From an uncultured Acidobacteriota bacterium (GTDB lineage Bacteria; Acidobacteriota; Vicinamibacteria; Fen-336): a DNA stretch of 64,000 nt. The stretch lies in NCBI GenBank assembly GCA_963720545.1, contig OY970399.1:2720001-2784000 (forward strand), written 5' to 3'. The notes under the pieces are model-generated. The model ran no database searches. It was not told the DNA's origin and saw only the letters and a program-made list of their open reading frames with translations. The position numbers were made by a program, and so were the translations under genes. Of the stretch, positions 41,876 to 51,086 are shown in pieces (position 1 is the first letter of the stretch; the number at the start of each line of letters is the position of its first letter).

Positions 41876-42333
41876 GTGTCGCCGTCGTTTTGATCTCCCT
41901 CCTCACCCTCTCGCTGCCGGCGGCTGACGACACAGCGCTCGCTCCTTCCATCCTTGCACCCGCCGACATCCAGTGGCGTCCCGGCCCCGGCACCATCCCG
42001 GTCGGCACGCAGTTCGCAGTCATCCAGGGCGACCCGACCAGGCCCGGACCCTTCGCCATCCGCCTGCGTTTTCCCGCCGGTTATCGCATCCCGCCGCACA
42101 GCCATCCGGTGCCGGAGTTCCTCACGGTGCTCTCCGGCTCCATGCACCGCGGCGTGGGTGACTCCTTCGACGAGTCGAAGGGCCAGCTCGTGCCGACCGG
42201 CGGGTTCGCGGTCACGCCGGCCGGCGTCAACCACTTCGTCTGGACCACCGAGGAAACGGTCGTGCAGGTGCACGGCTTCGCCCCCGGCGGCGTCACCTAC
42301 GTGAACCCTGCCGACGACCCGAGAAAGAAGTAG
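41872..42333 (+). CDS. Secreted cupin-domain protein (DUF4437-like)
   Basis: Signal peptide, GDP...PPHSHP..E..TVLSG...H, YVNPADDPR; ATGA overlap. Confidence 0.85.
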   Translation: MSVAVVLISLLTLSLPAADDTALAPSILAPADIQWRPGPGTIPVGTQFAVIQGDPTRPGPFAIRLRFPAGYRIPPHSHPVPEFLTVLSGSMHRGVGDSFDESKGQLVPTGGFAVTPAGVNHFVWTTEETVVQVHGFAPGGVTYVNPADDPRKK

Positions 42334-42337
42334 AGAA

Positions 42338-42781
42338 ATGCGCCTCGCCCTTTCGTTGCTCCTCGCCGCATCCGCCTTGCTCGCTCCCGCGCCGCCCGCC
42401 GCCGCCCAGGCGCCGCCGGCAGCGAAGGCGTTCGTCATCGAGTACTACTACAAGGCGAAGTGGGGCCAGCTCGACGAGTTCCTGCGTCTCTTCAGGAAGA
42501 ACCACCTGCCGGTGCTGATGGAAGAGAAGAAGCTCGGCCGCATCGTCGACGTCGCGCTCGTGAAGCCCGTCTACCACGGCACGGAAGACGGCCGCTGGGA
42601 CTTCCGCGTCACCATCACCTGGCGCGACGCCGCCACCGCCCACGACGCGTTCGACACCACGCCGATCCTGACGAAGCTCTATCCCGACCAGGATGCGTTC
42701 CGCAAGGAAGAGCAGCACCGCTTCGAGCTGCTCGACGCCCACTGGGACCTGCCGATCGCGACGGTGCCGCTCGAGAAGTGA
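42338..42781 (+). CDS. Secreted hypothetical protein (possibly dimeric alpha-beta barrel)
   Basis: Signal peptide; EYYYKAKWG..EF, WDFRVTI, RFELLDAHWD; good codon usage. Confidence 0.78.
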   Translation: MRLALSLLLAASALLAPAPPAAAQAPPAAKAFVIEYYYKAKWGQLDEFLRLFRKNHLPVLMEEKKLGRIVDVALVKPVYHGTEDGRWDFRVTITWRDAATAHDAFDTTPILTKLYPDQDAFRKEEQHRFELLDAHWDLPIATVPLEK

Positions 42782-42782
42782 T

Positions 42783-43445
42783 CTAGGCACCGCAGGAGCG
42801 AGGGGCAGTTGAGCCGGGGTACGGGCGCGCCGTCCGGAACGAGTCAAATTGAGTCGTAAGACGCAACAGTTCGCGGTGCAGGCTTTCTTCGCCGGCGAGT
42901 TCGGGGTGGAAGGTGCCGGCCAGGATGCGGCCTTGGCGGATCAGCACCGGTTCGCCGTCGCGGGTGGCGAGCACCTCGACGCCCGGGCCGGTCGCGACGA
43001 TGCGGGGAGCGCGGATGAAGACGCCGCGTACGGTGCCGCCCAGGGTGGGTGCCGTGACCGCGCCCTCGAACGATTCGCGCTGGCGGCCGTAGGCGTTGCG
43101 TTCCACCACGGCGTCGATCAAGCCGAGAGAGGGCTGGTGCGGGCCGCGCGCTTCGCGCGCCAGCAGGATGGCGCCGGCGCAGGTGCCGAGGATCGCGCCG
43201 CCGCGCGCGGCGAAGCCGCCGAGCGCCTCGAACCAGGGCTCGGCGGCCATCAGCTTCAGCAGCGCCGAGCTTTCGCCGCCGGGGATCACCAGGGCATCGA
43301 GGCCGTCCAGGTGCGACACGCGCCGCACCTCACGCACTTCCGCGCCGAGTGCCTTGAGCATCGCCGCGTGTGCGGCGAAGTCGCCCTGCAGAGCCAGCAC
43401 GCCCACCTGGCGGCGGCGGACTGCGGCGAGCGGCTGTGCGGCCAT
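42783..43445 (-). CDS. pdxT: PLP synthase glutaminase subunit
   Basis: GVLALQGDF, PGGES, GTCAG, RNAYGRQ, FIRAP, FHPEL. Confidence 0.96.
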   Translation of the reverse strand: MAAQPLAAVRRRQVGVLALQGDFAAHAAMLKALGAEVREVRRVSHLDGLDALVIPGGESSALLKLMAAEPWFEALGGFAARGGAILGTCAGAILLAREARGPHQPSLGLIDAVVERNAYGRQRESFEGAVTAPTLGGTVRGVFIRAPRIVATGPGVEVLATRDGEPVLIRQGRILAGTFHPELAGEESLHRELLRLTTQFDSFRTARPYPGSTAPRSCGA

Positions 43446-43456
43446 TGCTGTAGCCG

Positions 43457-44349
43457 TTACCAGCCGCGGCCCTGCAGCTTCTCGGCGGCCGGGATCGACG
43501 CGGCGTCGAGCCCCTTCATCGCGCCGCGCAGGCCGCGCGACGTCTCGGCGACGATCGCCGCGTCGCGGTAGTGGGTGGTGGCGCGCACGATGGCCTTGGC
43601 GCGCGCGGCAGGATCGTCCGACTTGAAGATGCCGGAGCCGACGAACACCGCCTCCGCGCCGAGCGCCATCATGAGCGCCGCATCGGCCGGCGTCGCGATG
43701 CCGCCGGCCGCGAAATTCGGCACCGGCAGCCGGCCGCCGTCTTTCGCCACCTTGCGCACCAGCTCGTAGGGCGCGCCGAGGTTCTTGGCCTCGGTCATCA
43801 GCTCTTCGTCGCCGAGGATGGTCAGCCGCTTCAGGCCGGTGGTCACGGCGCGCATGTGGCGCACCGCCTCCACCACGTTGCCGGTGCCGGCCTCGCCCTT
43901 GGTGCGGATCATCGCGGCGCCCTCGCCGATGCGCCGCAGCGCCTCGCCGAGGTTGCGGCAGCCGCAGACGAACGGCACGCTGAACGCGTGCTTGTCCACG
44001 TGGTACTCGTCGTCGGCCGGCGTCAGCACCTCGCTCTCGTCGATGAAGTCGACGCCGAGCGACTCGAGCATGCGCGCCTCGGCGAAGTGGCCGATGCGGC
44101 ACTTGGCCATCACCGGCATCGACACCGCTTCCATGATCGCCTCGATGATCGTCGGGTCGGCCATGCGCGCGACACCGCCGTCGCGGCGGATGTCGGCCGG
44201 CACGCGCTCCAGCGCCATCACCGCCACCGCGCCGGCGTCCTCGGCGATGCGCGCCTGCGACGCGTCGGTCACGTCCATGATCACGCCGCCCTTCAGCATC
44301 TCGGCGAGGCCGGTCTTGAGCCGCAGTGTTCCTGTCACGTCGTTGGTCG

Positions 44350-44353
<4 letters not shown>
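43457..44353 (-). CDS. pdxS: PLP synthase lyase subunit
   Basis: [46 protein letters not shown]. Confidence 0.98.
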
Positions 44354-45795
<1,442 letters not shown>

Positions 45796-45801
45796 AGGGA
45801 G

Positions 45802-45842
45802 ACTATAGGATTGACACAATATAGGTGCAATACCTATATTGT
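45802..45842. promoter_or_regulatory. Overlapping divergent promoters with an 11-bp inverted-repeat operator
   Basis: (+) TTGACA 45811-18-TATATT 45835; (-) TTGCAC 45830-17-TATAGT 45807; IR ACAATATAGGT-N5-ACCTATATTGT at 45816-45842. Confidence 0.75.
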
Positions 45843-45846
45843 CACC

Positions 45847-47247
45847 ATGACAACGTGGGCACCGGATTTGAGCGATCGGAGCGGTCCGCGGTACCTGGCG
45901 ATCGCCGACGCGCTCGGTTCGGATGCCGCGTCGGGCCGGCTCAAGCCCGGAACCCGCCTGCCCACGCACCGCGACCTCGCCGACAAGCTCGGTGTCACGG
46001 TCGGTACCATCACCCGGGCTTACGGCGAAGCGCAGCGCCGCGGCCTCGTCTCGGGGGAGGTCGGGCGCGGCACCTTCGTTCGCCACCTCGCCGCGAGCCC
46101 CGACCTGCCGCTTGGCTCCTTCGAGCCGGGCGTCATCGACCTCACGGTGAACTACCCGCCGCCCGACCCCGACGAGGAACGCGCCCCCGACCTCGCGAAG
46201 ACGCTCGAGCAACTGTCACGGCGCCGCGACCTCGGCACGCTGCTACGCTATCCGCCCGAAGGCGGCGCCGCGCACCACCGCGCCGCCGGGGCCGCGTGGA
46301 TTCGCCGCGGCGGGCTCGACGCCGATCCCGACAACGTCATCGTTTCTTCGGGCGGCCAGCACGGCATGACCGCGGTGTTCGGCGGCATGCTGCGTCCGGG
46401 CGACACCATTGCCACCGAAGCGCTCACCTATCCCGGCCTGAAGGCGCTCGCGAACCTGATGCACCTGCGGCTGACCGGGGTGGCGATGGACGCCGGCGGC
46501 ATGCTGCCCGAGGCTTTCGCCGCGGCCTGCAAGGCCGGCGGCGGCAGCATCAAGGCGCTCTACACCGTGCCGACACTGCACAACCCGACCAGCGCGGTGC
46601 TGAGCGAGGAACGCCGCCGTGCGCTTGCCGCGATCGCGCGCGAGCACGAGGTGCTGATCGTCGAGGACGACGTCCACGGCCGCCTCATCGAGGGCGGACC
46701 GCGGCCGCTCGCCGCGCTGGCGCCGGAGCGCAGCGTCTACCTCACCGGCATCGCCAAGACCGTGGCGCCCGGGCTGCGCGTCGGGTTCGTGCACGCGGCG
46801 CGCCCCATCCTGCCGCGCATCGCGCGCGCCATCCGTGCGACGACCTGGATGGCCGCGCCGCTGATGGCCGAGATCGCGGCGCAATGGATCGACAACGGCA
46901 TCGCCGAAGAGTGGCTGCGCCGTCATCGCGCCGAAGCGGCGGCCCGCCAGAGGATCGCCGCTCGGGTGTTCCGCGGCCTGAGCGCCGACAGCCACCCGGC
47001 GTCCTACTACACCTGGCTGCATCTCCCGGACGGCTGGCGCGCCGAGACCTTCACCGCCGCGGCGCGGCGGCTCGGAATCGGCGTGATTCCGGCTTCCGTC
47101 TTCCAGGTGGGCAGGGGCGGCGGGGAAGCGGTGCGCATCTGTCTTGGTCCGGCGAAAGACCACGAGGAACTGCAAACGGCACTCGCTGCGCTCGCCGACC
47201 TGGCGAGCCACGGCGAGCCCTCGCTGAGCTTCGCGCCGGGACCCTGA
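45847..47247 (+). CDS. MocR/GabR-family regulator (GntR wHTH + PLP aminotransferase-like domain)
   Basis: LPTHRDLADKLGVTVGTITRAY, GRGTFV, HNPT, IVEDD, KTVAPGLRVG. Confidence 0.95.
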   Translation: MTTWAPDLSDRSGPRYLAIADALGSDAASGRLKPGTRLPTHRDLADKLGVTVGTITRAYGEAQRRGLVSGEVGRGTFVRHLAASPDLPLGSFEPGVIDLTVNYPPPDPDEERAPDLAKTLEQLSRRRDLGTLLRYPPEGGAAHHRAAGAAWIRRGGLDADPDNVIVSSGGQHGMTAVFGGMLRPGDTIATEALTYPGLKALANLMHLRLTGVAMDAGGMLPEAFAAACKAGGGSIKALYTVPTLHNPTSAVLSEERRRALAAIAREHEVLIVEDDVHGRLIEGGPRPLAALAPERSVYLTGIAKTVAPGLRVGFVHAARPILPRIARAIRATTWMAAPLMAEIAAQWIDNGIAEEWLRRHRAEAAARQRIAARVFRGLSADSHPASYYTWLHLPDGWRAETFTAAARRLGIGVIPASVFQVGRGGGEAVRICLGPAKDHEELQTALAALADLASHGEPSLSFAPGP

Positions 47248-47324
47248 AACCGGGGCGAATCGCAGGAAACCGTTGTGGGCGTGCGGCTTGTGTGGAGTAA
47301 CATCGGTCACTGGAGGCCGCAGCC

Positions 47325-47486
47325 ATGTTTGGTAGCTTAGGTTTCACAGAACTCCTCGTCATTCTGGCCATCATCATCCTGATATTCGGAACGAGCCGTA
47401 TCCCGGAGCTCGGCAAGGGCCTGGGAGAGGGCATCAAGAATTTCAAGAAGTCGATCAAGGGCGACGAAGACGAGAAGAAGGGGTGA
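47325..47486 (+). CDS. tatA: Twin-arginine translocase subunit TatA/E (53 aa; absent from ORF track)
   Basis: [53 protein letters not shown]. Confidence 0.93.
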   Translation: MFGSLGFTELLVILAIIILIFGTSRIPELGKGLGEGIKNFKKSIKGDEDEKKG

Positions 47487-47491
47487 GATTG

Positions 47492-48055
47492 ATGAAGAAG
47501 CTGGCGCTGGCCGTTGCGGTTTCCCTCGCGCTGCCTTTTGCAGCGTGCCACAAAGAAAAGCCCGTGGTGCAGGCGCCTGCGCCGCCCGAAACCGAGACCA
47601 CGCCTGAGGCTCCGCCGCCCGCGCCGGTGGCCGAGAGCCCCATCGTCAACACCGTGCCCGACGAGTACGCGCGCATCAAGGACATGTCGCTCGACGAGAT
47701 CAACCGCAACCTCGTGCCGACGCTGTTCCCCGACGTGCACTTCGACTACGACCGCGCCGAGGTGAAAGACCAGGACCGCGCCATCCTGCAGCAGAGCGCC
47801 GCGAACCTGAAGAAGTTCGACTTCCTCAAGATCACGCTCGAGGGCCATGCCGACGAACGCGGCACCGCCGAGTACAACCTCGCCCTCTCCGAGCGCCGCT
47901 CGCGCTCGGTGTTCGAGTACCTGGTGTCGCTTGGCATCGACGGCAGCCGCCTCAAGACCGTCGGCTACGGCAAGGAAATCCCGCTGTGCGCCGACGGCAC
48001 CGAAGAGTGCCATGCGCGCAACCGCCGCGGCCATTTCGCGGTGACCGGCAAGTAA
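47492..48055 (+). CDS. pal: Peptidoglycan-associated lipoprotein (OmpA-C domain)
   Basis: Lipobox FAAC, FDYD, EGHADERGTAEYNLALSERR, GYGKE, NRR. Confidence 0.9.
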   Translation: MKKLALAVAVSLALPFAACHKEKPVVQAPAPPETETTPEAPPPAPVAESPIVNTVPDEYARIKDMSLDEINRNLVPTLFPDVHFDYDRAEVKDQDRAILQQSAANLKKFDFLKITLEGHADERGTAEYNLALSERRSRSVFEYLVSLGIDGSRLKTVGYGKEIPLCADGTEECHARNRRGHFAVTGK

Positions 48056-48086
48056 CCCCCGAAGCCAGCGCAAGCCGGCCGCAAGG

Positions 48087-48125
48087 AGCCCGGGAACAGC
48101 CAGCACGGCTGTCCCGGGCTTTTTT
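48087..48125 (+). terminator. Rho-independent terminator after tatA-pal
   Basis: AGCCCGGG(A)ACAGCC-loop-GGCTGTCCCGGGCT followed by a T-run. Confidence 0.85.
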
Positions 48126-48158
48126 CTCTGGTACCCTTCTCTCCCCAAGGGGGCACAA

Positions 48159-48935
48159 GTGGACAGCTTGAACGCGCTTTTCCGGTGGCTGCACATCTTC
48201 GCCGGCATCATCTGGATCGGCATGCTGTACTTCTTCAACTTCGTCAACGGTCCGTTCGCCGCGACCATGGACGGCGAGACGAAGAAGAAGGTGGTCCCTG
48301 AGCTCATGCCGCGGGCGCTCTGGTGGTTCCGCATGGGCGCCGCGTGGACCTGGTTCACCGGGCTCTTCCTGCTGCTGCTCGTCTTCTACCACGGCCAGTT
48401 GATGTTCGATGGCGACAAGGGCTGGGGCGTCGAGGCGATCGTGATGGTGGCACTCGTGTTCGTCGCGCCGTTCCTCTACGACGCGCTGCACAAGAGCCCG
48501 CTCGGCAGGAACGCGCGCAACTTCGGCATCGTCTGCTTCGTGCTCGTCGGTGTCGTCTTGTGGCTGATGCAGGCGTGGGCCGGCTTCGGCTATCGCGCGG
48601 CGACCATTCACATCGCCGGCCTGTTCGGCACGGTGATGGCCTTCAACGTCTGGTTCCGCATCTGGCCGGCACAGCAAAAGATCATCACCGCGGTGAAGCA
48701 GGGCGTCGCCCCCGACGCCGCCCTGGCCGCGGTCGCTACTGCCCGCTCGCGACACAACGTCTACATGTCGGTGCCGCTCGTCTGGGGAATGATCAACCAG
48801 CACACCGTGACCGTGCCCTCGGCGATCGGCCTGCCGGACGGGCTCAGCTCGATGCTGTTCCTCGTCATCACCGCGCTCGGCTGGCACATCGTCTGGCAGT
48901 TGTACCGCCGCGCCGGCAAGGTCAAGGGGTTCTAG
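48159..48935 (+). CDS. PuuD/urate-oxidase N-terminal-like membrane protein
   Basis: RWLHIFAGIIWIG, WWFR..AAWTWFTG, GTVMAFNVWFRIWPAQ, RSRHNVY. Confidence 0.82.
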   Translation: MDSLNALFRWLHIFAGIIWIGMLYFFNFVNGPFAATMDGETKKKVVPELMPRALWWFRMGAAWTWFTGLFLLLLVFYHGQLMFDGDKGWGVEAIVMVALVFVAPFLYDALHKSPLGRNARNFGIVCFVLVGVVLWLMQAWAGFGYRAATIHIAGLFGTVMAFNVWFRIWPAQQKIITAVKQGVAPDAALAAVATARSRHNVYMSVPLVWGMINQHTVTVPSAIGLPDGLSSMLFLVITALGWHIVWQLYRRAGKVKGF

Positions 48936-48955
48936 CCCTGGTGTAACGGACGTTC

Positions 48956-48985
48956 TTGACAGACCCCGCAGCCACGACCTATTGT
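48956..48985 (+). promoter_or_regulatory. Sigma70-type promoter
   Basis: TTGACA-18-TATTGT, 9 nt before ATG 48995. Confidence 0.6.
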
Positions 48986-48994
48986 GTTCCTCGG

Positions 48995-49558
48995 ATGCAG
49001 GGCCGCAAGGACTACTACCAGGTGCTCGGCGTGCGGCGCAATGCGACCACCCGGGCCATCAAGAACGCGTTCCTGAAACTCGCCCGCCAGATGGAGGGCG
49101 AGGACCGGGCGCTCGACCGGCTCGCCGACCTCACGGCCGCGTACGAAACGCTGAGCGACCACGAACAGCGGCGCCGCTACGACGAAACCCTGCGGGTGGT
49201 CGATCCCGGCACCGGGGTTTCCTGGAGCTTCCTCAAGAACACCGACGGCCGCGAGCTGAAGCGGCCGGTGGAGCCGGGCTCGCTCTCGGCCGAGGTGTTC
49301 CTGACGGCGGCCGAGGCGCGCTCGGGCGGGATCGTCACGCTCGAAATACCGGTGCCCACCACCTGCTCGGAATGCTACGGCACGGGCGGCGCCGCGCTCA
49401 ATTGCTTCTCCTGCGACGGCGAGGGTGTCACCCACCACCGCATGCCGGTGCCGCTGCGCGTTCCCGCGGGTGCTCGCACCGGGATGGTGTTCCAGGTACA
49501 CCTCGACGATCCGCTGGTCTCGACGCTCTTCCTCACCGTCCACACGCGCTTCGTCTAG
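48995..49558 (+). CDS. Short DnaJ-like protein (J-like domain without HPD + two CxxCxGxG)
   Basis: KDYYQVLGV, AYETLSD..RRRYD, CSECYGTG, CFSCDGEG, VPAGARTG. Confidence 0.85.
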   Translation: MQGRKDYYQVLGVRRNATTRAIKNAFLKLARQMEGEDRALDRLADLTAAYETLSDHEQRRRYDETLRVVDPGTGVSWSFLKNTDGRELKRPVEPGSLSAEVFLTAAEARSGGIVTLEIPVPTTCSECYGTGGAALNCFSCDGEGVTHHRMPVPLRVPAGARTGMVFQVHLDDPLVSTLFLTVHTRFV

Positions 49559-49574
49559 CCGCGCGCCAGGGCTC

Positions 49575-50432
49575 TTACTGGCCGTCGATGCGGATCGAGC
49601 CGTCGTTCGTCTCGAGGCTCACGAGCGGGCCGCCGCCGTTCAGCTTGCCGCGCAGCGAATGGCCATCGTCGGCCCGGCGCTCGATCGTCAGGTCGAGGTT
49701 GCTCGAGACCCGGCCGTCGTCCGAACGCGCCATCAGGTCGGCCGCGAGGCCCCTGGGAAGGCCGAGCCGGATGGAGCCGTCCTGCGTGCGCAGGTTCCAG
49801 GGAGTCGCGACCTTCGAGCCGGTGCGCGCATCCACCTGGATGGAGCCGTCGGCGCTGGTGGCGTCGAGCCGGTCGAAGCGGCCGTTGATGGTGACACTGC
49901 CGTCCGCGGTCCTCGCGTCCACGTTGCCGCCAAGGTCGCTCATCCTTATCGAGCCGTCGGCCGTGTGCAGCCGGACGTCGCCGGTGAGGTCGGCGCCGCG
50001 CAGCGAGCCGTCGGCGCTCTCGATGTCGAGCTTGCCGCTCAGCGCCTCGGCGTCCACGGAACCGTCGGCGGTGCGCAGGGTGAGCGCCACCTTGCGCGGC
50101 ACCTGCAGCTCGACCTTGACCTGGCGGCGGCTGTTCCAGTTCCACCCCGACCAGGTGTGCTTCGGGAACACCACCTGGATGTCGACGCCGTCAGCGAGCT
50201 TGCGGTCGACGATCTGGATGGAGTCGCTGCCGCTGCCGCCGATGGTGTAGCCGACGGTGTGCACCTGCGCCGAGATCTCGTTGCGGTCCCAGCCGCGGAT
50301 GGTGATGCTGCCGTCGTCGGTGCTGACCCTGACGGTGCCGCCGGGCGTGCCGGGGTAGGTCTGCTGCCACTCGTCCGCCGCGGCGGCTGAAGCCAGGAGA
50401 GCGGTGAGCAGGAAGGCGGTCGGGATTCTCAT
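49575..50432 (-). CDS. Secreted DUF4097 beta-strand repeat protein
   Basis: Signal peptide; many T(A/D/Q/N)DGS(I/V) repeats spaced about 18-19 aa apart. Confidence 0.88.
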   Translation of the reverse strand: MRIPTAFLLTALLASAAAADEWQQTYPGTPGGTVRVSTDDGSITIRGWDRNEISAQVHTVGYTIGGSGSDSIQIVDRKLADGVDIQVVFPKHTWSGWNWNSRRQVKVELQVPRKVALTLRTADGSVDAEALSGKLDIESADGSLRGADLTGDVRLHTADGSIRMSDLGGNVDARTADGSVTINGRFDRLDATSADGSIQVDARTGSKVATPWNLRTQDGSIRLGLPRGLAADLMARSDDGRVSSNLDLTIERRADDGHSLRGKLNGGGPLVSLETNDGSIRIDGQ

Positions 50433-50438
50433 GCCCTC

Positions 50439-50467
50439 TACGACGCTGCCCGCGGCCCGGGGGTTCA
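50439..50467 (-). promoter_or_regulatory. Putative ECF sigma-factor promoter
   Basis: TGAACC-N16-CGTCGTA ending 6 nt before ATG 50432. Confidence 0.55.
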
Positions 50468-50495
50468 AAAAGAAGCGGCTTATAATCGCCCGACC

Positions 50496-51086
50496 TTGAA
50501 CGAAAAGGACATAGCCCGCGCCGTCGCCGACAGCCTGGCCCTGAAGCAGCGCTTTTTCGAGAGAAACGCCGGCCCCCTGGTGCGGGCGGGCGAGGCGATG
50601 GCAGCTTCGCTCCAGCGCGGGGGCCGGATCCTCACTTTCGGCAACGGCGGCTCGGCGGCCGACGCCCAGCACCTGGCGGGTGAGCTGGTCGGCCGGTTCC
50701 TCAAGGACCGCAAGGGGCTCGCCGCCCTGTCGCTCACCACCGACGCTTCGGTGACGACCGCCATCGCCAACGACTTCGGCTACGAGCGGGTGTTCGCACG
50801 GCAGGTGGAGGCGCAGGGCCGCGCCGGCGACGTTGCCGTCGGCATCTCCACCTCCGGCAACTCGCCGAGCGTCGTCACCGCGTTTCGCGCCGCCCGCGAA
50901 CTGGGCGTCATCACGGTCGGCCTCACCGGCCGCGGCGGCGGCGCGCTGCGCGAGCTTTCCGACCACCTCCTCGACGTCGAGCACGCCGAGACGCCGCGCA
51001 TCCAGGAGGTGCACACGATGGTGGTCCACTTCCTCTGCGAGATCATCGAGAGCCGCTGCGCCGGCGCCGGGAAAGCCGGGGCTTGA
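50496..51086 (+). CDS. gmhA: Sedoheptulose-7-phosphate isomerase
   Basis: GNGGSAADAQH, ANDFGY, ISTSGNS, RIQEVH; TATAAT at 50481. Confidence 0.95.
   Translation: MNEKDIARAVADSLALKQRFFERNAGPLVRAGEAMAASLQRGGRILTFGNGGSAADAQHLAGELVGRFLKDRKGLAALSLTTDASVTTAIANDFGYERVFARQVEAQGRAGDVAVGISTSGNSPSVVTAFRAARELGVITVGLTGRGGGALRELSDHLLDVEHAETPRIQEVHTMVVHFLCEIIESRCAGAGKAGA

Noticed and set aside
49575..50432. Nucleotide repeats GAGCCGTC in 49600-50330 as a DNA repeat element
   Set aside because: They are explained by the protein-level TxDGS repeats of DUF4097.
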